The notes: generated by a model not told the origin, from the letters alone. Positions 36,480 to 48,900 are shown, numbered from the stretch's first letter. The stretch is 64,000 nt of DNA from Octopus sinensis (GCF_006345805.1 NC_043003.1:90272001-90336000), one strand, 5' to 3'. Numbers and translations are program-made.

Positions 36480-38300
36480 CGGGTGACAAGACCATAACCC
36501 ACAACACCCAAAATTTTAAGCATCTCAGCGGTGATTCCTGATGGTCCAGGTGCTTTCCTGGTCTTCGTATCCTTAATTGCTTTATCTACCAGGGTACTGT
36601 CGATTCAGGTAACTGGTCCTTCAATTGGGTCAACATTTGGCAGACTCTCCTCCTCCCATTCATTCTCCACATTTAGCAGTCTTTCATAATGGCATTTCCA
36701 AGCCTCTTTCTTTGAAGAAGCATTAAATGCAAGAGCACCATCATCCATACGGACACATTTCTCTTCGATGACATCACGGTTTTCTCTCACACACTGTCTT
36801 GCAATCTGAAATACTTCGGTTTTTTGGTCCTTACATCGCTAAACATTGGCAAACTTCTTCTTTTCTGCTACTCCCTTGGCTATATAATCCTGTCTCCTAG
36901 CTTCCCTTTTGGCTATCGGATACATTCTCCTGCTATCCCGACTCTTCCAGGCCTGTTTCTTTGCTCTAATGGCCCTGTCTACCACATTGTTCCACTACCA
37001 TGTTACCCTCGCTCTGGAATGGACTTTGCACCAGTCACAGATTTGGTCTGTGGAACTCAGCAAGCTGTCTTGCTGGAATTCCCAGCTGCTTGCTATGTTA
37101 CAGGACCGTAGCTTCTCCTCCCTATCATCAAATTTCTTGGGAATGATATCCCTAAATCTCTGACTATGTGAAGGGTTCTTAAGCTTCCAAGTCCTTCTTT
37201 TCCAGATTGGTCTGCTTTTTAGCATCCTTCTAGCCTCAAGTCTAAAGTCACTAATAACTAGTCTATGCTGGAGGGTACATTCTTCACCAGGGAGGGTCTT
37301 TGTATTTAAGAGCAACCCTGCATCCTGCTGTCTGGTGAGAATGAAATCAATCTGGCTGGCAGAATCACCTGATTGATTGATTATCAGGTGGCTGGCTGGC
37401 TTCCTGAAGTTGGTGTTGCAGACGAATAGGTTGTTTGCATCGCAGAACTCCAGGAGCGTAGTTCCCTCTTCATTTCTGGTACCAACTCCATGGCTTCTAT
37501 GTACACCATGGAAGACATGCCCATTAAAATCTCTAGCCACAAAGATGAGATCATTGTCACTCAGCTTTGAGGTAGCCTGCAGAAGACTATCTTAAGAGTG
37601 ATCTTTCTGTTCATTTGGTCTGCTTGTGGGGCATAAGCAGAGATAATTGTAGCCATACCATTCTGCAAGACTAGCCTGAGTTTAAGTACTCTATTGCACA
37701 CCCTGAGTAGCTCTACGACCTTATCCACCCATTTCTCTGCAAGAAGTATGCCCACACCCCCTATTCCATCACTGTTAACCTTCCAGAAGAGTTTATACCT
37801 ATGTGCTGTGCCTGTGAGGACTTGGCTGAAGTTCCTTCTACCTCTTGTATGCAACATACATCAACAGTCTCTGTTCAAGCTTCTCTACAATCTCCACCTA
37901 GACCTACCTTTCCATGTGCCTACATTTACAGCTTTGAGGTAGCCTGCAGAAGACTATCTTAAGAGTGATCTTTCTGTTCATTTGGTCTGCTTGTGGGGCA
38001 TAAGCAGAGATAATTGTAGCCATACCATTCTGCAAGACTAGCCTGAGTTTAAGTACTCTATTGCACACCCTGAGTAGCTCTACGACCTTATCCACCCATT
38101 TCTCTGCAAGAAGTATGCCCACACCCCCTATTCCATCACTGTTACCTTTCCAGAAGAGTTTATACCTATGTGCTTTGCCTGTGAGGACTCTGGCTGAAGC
38201 TCCTCTCTACCTCTTGTATGCAACATACATCAACAGTCTCTGTTCAAGCTTCTCTACAATCTCACTAGACCTACCTTTCCATGTGCCTACATTTACAGCA
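36480..38300 (-). mobile_element. RTE LINE endonuclease-region fragment containing a 367-bp tandem duplication
   Basis: GIGGVGILLAEKW, IISAYAPQ, DFNGHV, NTNFRK and QIDFIL; units 37563-37929 and 37930-38296. Confidence 0.8.
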
Positions 38301-38379
38301 CCAACTCTGGAAACTGGGAAAGAGATATGGGAGGAAACACTGGAAGGAGAGATGTTATTTAGCACCTGAAAAGAAGGTT

Positions 38380-39560
38380 CCCATGATCATTTGGTATAAA
38401 GGAAAATTTGTAATCCAGATACAGAAGCAGGGGGTTTCAAAACAATTGTCCATAGTTAACTTCTTTCTCTTTGATCTTCAAAGAGATGTGGTCACATCAG
38501 CAATACAGCTGACCTCTATGATGGTACATACTTTTCCTTGTTTGTCCCAAACAACAATATCCAGTCTGTCTTACTTACACTTGACAGGTATTTTTATGGG
38601 AATGTTCCTCCAGTATTTCTTGTGTTGATATTTGTGTATGTATCCATTAACAGGGATATTCTCTATATTTATTCCAGGACAGTCTTTTTTCCAAATGATA
38701 TTGTATATTGTTTTTGCGACAATGTCATGTTGCATTGGGGGGTAGTATCTTGATGACATTTTTGGGTACCTGTTGTAGTTGTAGGCCCTAGCATGTAGCC
38801 ATTTGTTGGGGTTTCCTTTTTTTTTTTTTTTTTTTTTTTGTAGCAGGAATGATAATGGGTTTAATGCCAAAATGAATAGAAGTACAGAGAGACTAGCTCC
38901 CTGGAATATTCCCTTTGAAATATTTATGGTATTGGAGACGATCATTCCACAATCATTCTAAGTGTGAGGATTGTGGCTCAGGTCCTTGTGAGCCTCTCAA
39001 TGGCAGCAGTTAAGGTAGTTGGTACTTTTGCCAAATGGAGACACTTCAGCAACCATGGGTGGGGAATAGAGTTAAACGCCTTCTTATAATCAGATCATAC
39101 TGTTGTACAGCTACTATGACGTTTATTTTTTTCTTTTACCTCAGACAGTACAGCTTTGCTTAGTAAAAGTTGTTCAGCACATCCCTGCACTCGTTTCTTT
39201 CCACCAACCTGTTCATCAGTCACTATGCTTTTGGACTCACAATGATCCTGGAGGTATTGGTTGAGGCAGCTTCTGTACAGTTTATACATAATGTTTAGGT
39301 AAGTAACAGGCCTGGAGTTTTCAGGCAACTCACTGGTTTCATTCTTGACCCCAAGATTTGTCCATGCTATAGCAAGCCAATTTGGTATGTCAATCTGACC
39401 TTCCATAGTTCTTTTGAATATACTTATTAGTGGTTTCCTGTAAAGTGTCACTCTCTTATACCACTATCCAACTATTAGGTTCCTTTCAGGTGCCTTCTTA
39501 TTATGCAGTTTGCCTACAGCTATGAAGAAAATTTCCAGGTCCGTTGCATTTGTTTTTTTG
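38380..39560 (-). mobile_element. Decayed R4-like non-LTR fragment
   Basis: CAEQLLL, GIFQGASLSVLLFILALNPLS and QHDIVAK; internal deletions. Confidence 0.6.
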
Positions 39561-40884
39561 TTTTACTGTTGCTGCCAGTACAGTATTCTCTGTTTGTCTG
39601 TCTGTCTGTCTGTCAGTCTGTCTGTATGTGTGTCTGTGTGTGTGTGTGTATGATGTTTGTAGATTTGTAATATAGAAATTTATTTATATATTGCATGTGA
39701 GGCATGTACATATTTATTTTAGATGTGTAAACTCTACCTATCGATAAACGTAGAGAAGAAACTATAAAGGCATCAAATTTTTAGACCCGGTTAACAGAAA
39801 GAGTTACTGAGGAATTAATTAAGATTGATGATTATGATGATGATGATTCTCATCATCATTACTGTTTTAACATCCACTTTCCATGCTCACATGGATCAGA
39901 CAGAATTCATTGGGGCAGATTTTCTACAGCTGGATACCCTTCCTGTCACCAACCATCACCTGTTTGCAAGGAAGCTGTCATTTCTCTTTTGCCAGATTTG
40001 TTTTCACGGAAGATTAGAAATATATGGACACTACTTGGTACGACAGTGACTCTTTTACAGTTTCCATGCAATATCAAAACAAACAGACACTAACATGACA
40101 CACCTATACATACTCACAGGCACAGACATACACATATACATATACTTACAAACACACAAACACACAAATACACATGCACACACACACACATACATACACT
40201 CACACAACACCACACACACACATGCATGCGCGCGCGCACACCCACACACACAAACATATACATAACAACAGGCTTCAATCATTTCTCTATAGCAAACCCA
40301 CCCAGCAAGATTTGGTTGCGTTGACACAACAATAAAAGGCACTTACTACACAGCGGGACTGAACCTAAAACCACATGGTTGTGAAGTGAACTACTTCATC
40401 ACACTGCCACGTATGTATACACACACACACACTCACACAAAATATACATATAGTGAAACAAACTTCTTAAGCATACTTCCATGTGTGTATACACATATGT
40501 ACAAATATGCACAAAGACATGTGCACACACACACACAGAACAAATGATATTAGTGACTTTTGTTATATAACTGAATAGTCTAATCTTAAAAGGTTGAAAT
40601 CATTTAGAAGGTTTGACCTGAATTCCATAAATTTAATTAATCAGCAGAATGACAAAAAAAACAAAAAAAAAACATGCTCAACCTTTCAAAATAGGTTCAG
40701 TATTTGAAAATATCTTTTTAATAGCAATGGGAGTTTCAACAAAAGATGTTTGTCTTTTCAAACACCTGCTTGTATTGTATTGAGAATAGGAAACTAAATA
40801 AAGAGCTCTGTCACACACACACACTCCTCCATTCTGAAACAGAATAGTATCTTTTCCTGTTACAATAGAAGCCTGTTAGTTTAA

Positions 40885-41216
40885 AATTCAAGTTTAAACC
40901 CAAATTTTCTTTTCATTCTTAGAGGCTGAAACATAATGACTGAAATTGAGGTACCTCAAAAGCAACATATGAGTGTTCAGCTTTTGGCGAACGACTTGCA
41001 CGAATGGTTTGTTTACAGTGATCAAATGTATCTGCTGTACATTGACATTGCTTGGACAGGTGCACGGTGTACCACATGTCAGGTACTGAAGTGATGGCAG
41101 AGCAACATGAGACGAAGTGTTTTGCTCAAGAACACAATGCACCATTCAGTCGAGGAATTGAAACCATGATCTCATGATCACGAGCACAACACCCTAATCA
41201 CTAGGCCATGCATCCT
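40885..41216 (-). mobile_element. tRNA-head SINE (second family)
   Basis: The minus strand begins with a tRNA-like head (gcctagtgattagggtgttg...ggtttcaattcctcg), followed by gtgttcttgagcaaaacact. Related partial copies lie at about 27720-27865 and 40290-40410. Confidence 0.65.
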
Positions 41217-41282
41217 CATATATTAATAATAATGATAATGATGATGATGATGATGATGATGATAATAGCAATAATAATGATG

Positions 41283-41334
<52 letters not shown>

Positions 41335-41339
41335 GACAA

Positions 41340-41700
41340 TACCAGCAGATGACAACGTGTCTCTAATAGAAATTGAGAAACTTTCAAAATACAAGGACCT
41401 GGAAATAGAGGTAACTCGAATGTGGAATCTGAAAACAGAAACAATTCCTATCATAGTAGGTGCATTAGGCATCATAAAAAAATATTCAGACAAATACATA
41501 ACAAAAACACCAGAACTTACAAACACATATAACATACAGAAAATCGCACTACTGGGCACTGCATACATCCTACGCAAAACACTTTCAATACAGTAACCAT
41601 CAGAGCATCACAACAAAACAGCACATACCCAAGGCACACAGAGCTGTGCCCGGTAGTGAAGTGAAAGCACGATATAAAAAAAACCCACTGAATGATAATA
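41340..41700 (+). mobile_element. Short 3' fragment of the 18108 R4/Dong family, between (AAT)n tracts
   Basis: EKLSKYKDLEIEVTRMWNLKTETIPIIVGALG plus the same 3' UTR (ccatcagagcatcacaac). Confidence 0.85.
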
Positions 41701-41719
41701 ATAATAACAATAATAATAA

Positions 41720-42272
41720 ATACCCCGATGCAGTACCAGGCAGTGGCTCTCACAGCTTCTGATCTTAACTGATTGGAAGTATTATCATGTATATTGTTTG
41801 GTCTTGGAAAAAAAATGGGCTACAGCAAATATTCTGCTCAATACCACAGATTTGCCGTCAGTTGCTTGACCTTAACCAGTTGAGCATGTCCCTTAGTGGC
41901 TGACAATATGTGCATCTCTGATCTCAAGTAGAAGCAGTGGGGGAGCATCATAGCCATGTGTTGAGAGGGATTTTTTGGGGTTTGGATAATTCACCTCTGG
42001 AAACATGGGTGTTTCGTTCAACATCCTTAAACAACCCTTATTCAGGGACCTTTTGAGCAGGATGGGTTACTCGACCAGAAGAAAATTCTAACTGGCCCCA
42101 CCTGCAAGGTCATGTGCTGTTTATCTTGATATTAGATCACCATATCATGCACATATGGTTGTGATGCATGTGCCTGGTGTACCCTTATCAGACGGGTAGT
42201 CATGATGGGTATACTGGGCTTCGTATATTTTACCCCAGTGTCACTTTGATGGCATGCACTGCTCTCTCACTC
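41720..42272. repeat. Unclassified interspersed repeat flanked by (AAT)n
   Basis: GC-richer, non-coding block between AAT tracts; recognised as repeat-like by context only. Confidence 0.35.
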
Positions 42273-42299
42273 AATAATAATAATAATAATAATAATAAT

Positions 42300-42505
42300 A
42301 ATCCTTTCTTCTATCGGCACAAGGCCTGAAATTTTGTGAGTAGGGGGCTAGTCGATTACATTGACCCAGTGTATAACTAGTACTAATTTTATTGACCCTG
42401 AAAGGATGAAAGGCAAAGTCAACCTTGGCGGAATTTGTAGTGACAGGCGAAATACCGCTAAGTATTTTATCCAATGCACTAACAATTCTGCCAACTTGCC
42501 ACCTT
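42300..42505 (-). mobile_element. tRNA-derived SINE (dominant family)
   Basis: Reverse complement of the 16338 family. Confidence 0.8.
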
Positions 42506-42509
42506 AATA

Positions 42510-42577
<68 letters not shown>

Positions 42578-44130
42578 CTATTCTTTCATTAGCCACAAGG
42601 GCTCACATACAAAACATTAATTGACATACAACAACATATAAGACAAAAACAGGACGGTACAATGGGATTTTCTGTGTATATAGAAAATTTGTTCAATAAA
42701 AATTGAACAAATTAAAACTCCTTATAGGGGAGGCGCTTTAAGGTCCTTGTGGAAAAACCCACAAAAGCCACAGGTGCCTGAACAACAAGGCAAGAGCCCC
42801 TCTCCTTTGATTCCCTTTTTAGAGGTGCATGCTCAGAATTGGTCCTTTCACACTGGCCATTCTTCCAACATTCACCTACCTTTCAACAAACTTGCTACAA
42901 GGCAACACTTCCCTCTCCACCTTCAACTTCCTTTTCAAGTGAAACTTGAAAAAGTTGATGAGGGCTTGACCAAAGAGGAAAGTGTCTGTCTTTAGCCCTT
43001 TCAGGTCCACAATACTACTTCTTTCACTACAGCCACTAGACAAATAAAAATTGCCTGCCCCTCCCAGCTAAAAGAGGGCAGCAGGGCAATTCTCACAATG
43101 GATTCAGCTGATAGCTGGATTCATCCTACACATGACAGCAGGTGTTTGACATAAACCCACAAGTCAGCACTGCTGAGGTAGGGTGTGCAGAACAGTTTCA
43201 TTGTTCTGGGCACACCTTGGGTAGGCCCGGCTGATGGCACTTTCCTGTTTGTAAACTCTATCCCAAACTGGGAGTGCTTCTTAGTAGCCCTGCCAGGCAA
43301 GGGATTTCTGGAAGTTATCCATAGGCCCAGGCTCAAAAGTTCTCTAAAACAGACCGGTTACTTGATCTTCATCAATGCCCAGAGTTTACCCGGGAATGTT
43401 GTAGCACTTTCCCTCCACTAGCCCTCTATAGAATGCTAGAGTGGAACTACCACTGACTGCATTGCCCACTTGGCAGAGGGCTGTGTGTGCTTTACGGCAC
43501 TCATGATGCCAAGCACCCCTCTTCAGTTTACACCTAATCCAGGATTGCAGCTCAGTCAAAGAGACGAGCCATGGAAAAGTGTCTCTTACAACAGTGACCA
43601 GACCTGCTCACTGTGAAGGAAACGCTGGAGATGCTGCAACCTCAGTGCAGATCTGTGCATCAGTAACCATGGCATGCCCAGCCCTCCATTCAGTGGCTGC
43701 TGACAGCAGAATTGAGCACCTGACCAGTGGAACACACCCCATCCACAGAAAGCAGAAGAGTAAGTGCACCAGCTTGATCAACCAGCAAACAGGGCAAGGA
43801 ATGACAGTCAAGCGGTAGTAGATGATGGCTGCGATGTACACATTCACCACCTCTGCTCAACCTTTCAGGAATAGCTTCCTCTCGGCCCATTTCTGGGTGA
43901 GATTGGCTACCCTGCTCATCACCTCATCCTAGTTTTCCTCCACCTGGAAGTCCGGACCAAACCAGACTCCAAACAACTTTATAGGACCGTCTGTCCAGCA
44001 CCCCACCACACTGTTTGACAGCATGGACTTGCCTCTCCAGGTGCCGAGTTGCAAACCCACTGACTTTTCCATGTTAATTTTTGCTCCTGTCTCCGCTTCA
44101 TATTCTTGTAGTGTTTCACCAATCAGGTCT
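42578..44130 (-). mobile_element. Tx1/L1-group LINE, 5'-truncated 3' fragment in (AAT)n
   Basis: Homologous to 13136-14165 and 8337-9060; AAT tracts at 42506-42577 and 44132-44223. Confidence 0.8.
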
Positions 44131-44163
44131 ATAATAATAATAATAATAATAATAATGATAATT

Positions 44164-44223
<60 letters not shown>

Positions 44224-44224
<1 letters not shown>

Positions 44225-44790
44225 AGGCAACAGAATTTTTAGCATAGCAAAATGCTTAATAGCATTTCTTCTGGCTTTTCACATTCCAAGTTCAAATTCT
44301 ACTGAGGTCAACTTTGCCTTTCAGTTTTCCAGGGTCAATAAAATAATGTTCTAGTAAGTACTGGGGTCAGTACAATCGATTAGACCCTACCCCTACAATT
44401 TGCTGGCCTTGTGCCAAGATTGAAAGACAATAATAATTTCTGCTATAGGCACAAGGCCATAAATTTGTAGGGAGAGTTAAGTGAATTGCATCAACCTTAG
44501 TGTTCAACTGGTATGTATTTCATTGATCTCCCAAAGGATGAAAGCCAAAGTCAACCTTGGCAGAATTTGAACTCAGAATGTAAAGATGGAAGAAATGTTG
44601 CTAAGCATTTTGTCTGGGGTGCTAATGATTCTGCCAGGTGACAAAAGTGAGCTGGAAAAATCATTAGCATGTTGGGTAAAAATGCATAGCAGTATTTCTT
44701 CTGGTTCTTTACATTCAGATTTCAAATCTCAGAGAGGTTAACCTTACCTTTCATTACTCCAGGGTTGATAAAATAAGTACCAGTCATGAA
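44224..44790. mobile_element. Cluster of three tRNA-derived SINE copies (+, -, + partial)
   Basis: About 44224-44428 (+), 44436-44636 (-) and 44640-44790 (+), all from the 16338 family. Confidence 0.75.
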
Positions 44791-45414
44791 ATGGAACTGC
44801 TGCCCAGATCAGAAATTATTATTATTATTATTGTTGTTGTTGTTGTTATTAGACAATACAAAGAACATGATATGATTGCAATAGATATTTTATTGGTTTA
44901 ACAGCTTGCCTGCTTTATTGAATTCAAAATGAAAAGTGATACATAGAAATTAAAAATTATAGAAATTCAAATTCAAAACGTTGAACAAGGACATCCTGCA
45001 TTCCCACTTTGATGGAGTGACATCATCAATCAGCAATTTTCAATTTTACAAGTGACAAAAGAAAAAGAAAGGAAAAAAAACAGAAAAAAGAAAAGTTAGG
45101 TTTTCAGGAGGCAGAAAAGTTAGAGTTATTTTGCAAGCCATGTCATCCTACATTTACCTCCACCATGGCTCCAATCATCCACATCATATTATTTAGTCAA
45201 ATCTGAAATCCCAATTTTTGAGGATAAAACAGATTTGTACTGATATAGGGGATTACTGGAAATATGCAAATGCCTTTGTACATCATTATGTGAAACTCAG
45301 TTACTGTGAATCATGATTAAAGGAAATTGAAAACGACATAGCTAAGATTAGCAAGGAAAGTCAAATTTTCCTTGGTCACTAAAACTCTGCTTGCGAAGAC
45401 CTGTTGAGGCAAGC

Positions 45415-45845
45415 AAAATCAAAATCAAAATCAAATTCAATGACTGGCGTCCGTGCTGGCAGAGTGCAAAGAGCACCATACGAGCATGATCATTGACAGA
45501 GCGGCTAACAGGCTTCCGTGCCAGTGGCACGTAAAAGGGCACCATTTGAGCATGATCATTACCAAAGTCGCCTTACTGGCACCTGTGCTGGTGGCATGTG
45601 TAAAAGGATTCGAGCGAGGTCATTGCCAGTACCACCTGACTGGCCCCATGCCGGTGGCACGTAAAAAGTACCCACTACACTCTTGGAGTGGTTGGCATTA
45701 GGAAGGGCATTCAGCTGTAGAAACTCTGCCAGATCAAGATTGGAGACTGGTGCAACCATCTGGTTTGCCAGCCCTCAGTCAAAATCGTCCAACCCATGCT
45801 AGCATGGAAAGCGGACATTAAACGATGATCATGATGATGATGATG
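45415..45845 (+). repeat. Young RTE-associated SINE-like element with an (AATCAA) lead-in and (GAT)n tail
   Basis: gtgccagtggcacgtaaaag repeats and cacccactacactc...ggcattaggaagggcattcagctgtagaaac; CpGs retained. Confidence 0.65.
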
Positions 45846-46003
45846 TATATTTATATGCAGGTATATATATATATAAGTTCAGCAAAAATTTAGATTCAAA
45901 TGAATATGGTACTTAATTTAGATGCACCAGAATTTTGTATGGTGTCATCCATAAAAATCCGAGGGGTGATTATAATCAAAATAAGCAACAAGAATGACTC
46001 CGG

Positions 46004-46096
46004 TAATTTGGTACGATCGTTTCGTACTACATCATTTTATTAAATGTTGTAAGTATTACAACAGTTTTAAAATGCTGAGCACTCATCAGCCAATTA
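46004..46096 (-). ncRNA. Mirror copy of the type I hammerhead ribozyme motif
   Basis: Exact reverse complement of 46305-46397 within the left palindrome arm. Confidence 0.75.
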
Positions 46097-46304
46097 TAGA
46101 GGTTTTCCATTAATACAAAAATTTTCATATCAAGTGGCAACATTATAGAGAAGGTAGATACATAGACAAAGATGTGGATTTAAATTTTAAGAACACTACC
46201 TCAAATGTTCTTAAAATTTAAATCCACATCTTTGTCTATGTATCTACCTTCTCTATAATGTTGCCACTTGATATGAAAATTTTTGTATTAATGGAAAACC
46301 TCTA

Positions 46305-46397
46305 TAATTGGCTGATGAGTGCTCAGCATTTTAAAACTGTTGTAATACTTACAACATTTAATAAAATGATGTAGTACGAAACGATCGTACCAAATTA
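46305..46397 (+). ncRNA. Type I hammerhead ribozyme motif, minimal palindromic stem III (Penelope/retrozyme type)
   Basis: Stem I TAATTGG/CCAAATTA; core CTGATGA 46312-46318; stem II GTGC/GTAC closing a long hairpin; GAAA 46378-46381; stem III CGATCG; cleavage triplet GTA 46387-46389. Confidence 0.75.
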
Positions 46398-46435
46398 CTG
46401 GAGTCATTCTTGTTGCTTATTTTGAGTATATATAT

Positions 46436-46617
46436 GTGTGTGAAAAAGTGCCACACCCTGGCAGTTGAGGGGACCTGTGGAAGAGGTAGACCCAGGAAAA
46501 CCTGGGTCGAGATGGTGAAGCACAACCTTCGAACTCTAGGTCTCACCAAGGAAATGACCAGAGACCGAGACCTATGGAAGTATGCTGTGCGTCAGAAGAC
46601 CTGGCAAGACCAGTGAG
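46436..46617 (+). mobile_element. RTE LINE extreme 3' fragment
   Basis: KKCHTLAVEGTCGRGRPRKTWVEMV...DRDLWKYAV. Confidence 0.8.
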
Positions 46618-46661
46618 AACAATCAAAATCAAATCATATATCAGAAAGCAGGGGTTAAGTG

Positions 46662-47290
46662 ACCCATCCATTCGTGTCCGCTGCCAGCCTCGTCTGGCAC
46701 CCGTGTCGGTGATACGTAAAAGCACCATTCGCTCGTGGCCGTTTGCCAGCTCTGTCTGGCCCCCATGTCGGTGGCACATAAAAGCACCATCCGTTTGTGT
46801 CCGTTGCCAGCCTCGGCTGGCCCCCGTGCCAGTGACACGTAAAAACACCGTCCGTTCGTGGCCGTTTGCCAGCTCTGTCTGGCCCCGTGTCGGTGGCACA
46901 TAAAAGCACCATCCGTTCGTGTTCGTTGCCAGCCTCGGCTGGCCCCCGTGCCAGTGACACGTAAAAGCACCGTCCGTTCGTGGCCGTTTGCCAGCTCTGT
47001 CTGGCCCCGTGTCGGTGGCACGTAAAAGCACCATCCGTTCATGTCTGTTGCCAGCATCGCCTGGCCCCGTGCCGGTGACACGTAAAAGCACCATCCGTTT
47101 GTGGCCATTTGCCAGCTCTGTCTGGCACCTGTGCAGGTGGCACATAAAAAACACCCACTACACTCGCAGAGTGGTTGGCGTTAGGAAGGGCATCCAGCCG
47201 TAGAAACACTGCCAGATCTGACTGGGCCTGACGAAGCCTTCCAGCTTGGAAAGCGGACGCTAAATGATGATGATGATGATGATGATGATT
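46662..47290 (+). repeat. RTE-associated SINE-like element with an internal 8 x about 61-bp minisatellite
   Basis: Units accRtccgttcgtg...gcacRtaaaagc from 46662 to 47150, then the family 3' end and a (GAT)n tail. Confidence 0.85.
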
Positions 47291-47397
47291 TATATATATG
47301 TGTATATATATATATATACATTTATAAATATATATATATATATGTATGTATATATATATATATGTGCATGTATATATATATACATATATATATGTAT

Positions 47398-48760
47398 AAG
47401 TTTTCATGTCACCAATCTCTTAACTAATATACCTCACAATTTAGGCCTAGAAGCAATCAAACACTGGGTAGAGAAACATAGAAAACAGATAAATGAACGC
47501 TTCAAGACTGACTTCATCACCAAGGCGATACGCCTAGTACTAGAAGAAAATGCCTTCAGATTCGACAATAAACATCGACAGCTAAAGGGCAGGGCTATGG
47601 GTACGCAGTTTGTGCCCTCATATGCAAACTTAGTTATGGGATACTTGGAAGAAAAACTTCATGAGGAAGTAGAAAAAACTTTTGATCAGGAGTACAAGAA
47701 ATATATCATCACAAAGTGGAAACACTTCCTTGATGATTGCTTCCTTTTCTGAGACAGATCGAACGAAGATCTAAGTATATTTAACTATATACTGGACACA
47801 CTTCACCCATCCATCAAATTCACGACAGAATCCAGTTGCAATGAATTACCATTTCTGCAAATCCACATAAAAATACAGAACTTGGCAGTCACAAGACATA
47901 TTTTATAAAAAAACTGACACACACCAATATTTAAATTTCTACTCTTGCCATCCATCACACATCAAATGAAGCATCCCATACAGCATGGCAAGATGCATCT
48001 GTGTTATAGTGACTGACCCCAAAATATGTGAAATCCAACTCAACAAACTCAAAGGCTTCCTGACAATGCAGAAATACCCCTTAGGATTAATTAATGAGGG
48101 AATTAAAAAGGCAATGAAACTAAACATCACCAAACTATGGACACCTAAGGAAAAAGTTAATGAAGACAGGATTCCATTTGTTAACACAAACGCCATAAAA
48201 TCAAATTTATCTATACTCCTACAAAGTCCCAAAATGAAAAAATCTAATTGAAAAAAAACACCTTACGGAATAGCAGACACTAACCAAAAAATCTTTAAAA
48301 AACACCTTACAAGGACAAAATTCAAATCAGAGAATGAATCAGAATTCTTCGTGAAAGAATGTGGAGATAGGAGATGTGGAACATGCAACAACATCAACAA
48401 CTTCAAATACTTGGAAAGTGGTTCCCATGTAAAATTCAAGAGTGGATTCCTTCTCAAAATAAATGCAGATATGAACTGCAAAATGCAAAACCTCAGATAC
48501 TGCATTACCTGCCCAAACTGTAAAGAAAATTACATTGGTGAAACAAATAATGCCCTCTGCCAACATGCAAGAATCTCACAAGAAGAATTCTGCAAGATTC
48601 CATTAAGTAAGCATCTGGAAATATGCTGAGATGGAAAATTCAAAATTTTTCCCTTTTACAAATGTGCATGGGATGATCAGCAATACTGAAAAGCAATGGA
48701 GCTAGATTTCATCAAAAACGTCTCTCATACTTAATATCAACTCATACTCTCCTCTCCATA
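47398..48760 (+). mobile_element. Penelope-like element (RT plus GIY-YIG endonuclease), 5'-truncated and decayed
   Basis: [28 protein letters not shown] and FLDDCF (RT); CGDRRCGTC...YCITCPNCKENYIGET (GIY-YIG with Cys motif). Preceded by (TA)n. Confidence 0.85.
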
Positions 48761-48900
48761 TACTTTCTTCTACTTTGCACAGGCCTCTGAGCATGACAAT
48801 TTTCTTGATTAGTTCAAAACAATGTGGATTAAAAAGCATTAATTTTGGCAGAATAATGCAAACACTAATGATGAAGATGACAATGTTGACAATGATATAT

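Larger units (their letters stand above)
45976..46425. repeat. Near-perfect palindrome: 220-bp arms, 10-nt spacer
   Basis: 45976-46195 is the reverse complement of 46206-46425; spacer ctacctcaaa; one mismatch seen (ccgg versus ctgg). Confidence 0.95.

Noticed and set aside
46543-47154. 203-aa and overlapping repetitive ORFs (ANGHERMVLLR)
   Set aside because: Products of the GC-rich 61-bp minisatellite; open in several frames and with no coding signature.
48800-48830. cttgattagttcaaaacaatgt after the Penelope ORF, resembling a decayed minimal hammerhead
   Set aside because: Several core positions differ and no convincing stem I; cannot be supported.
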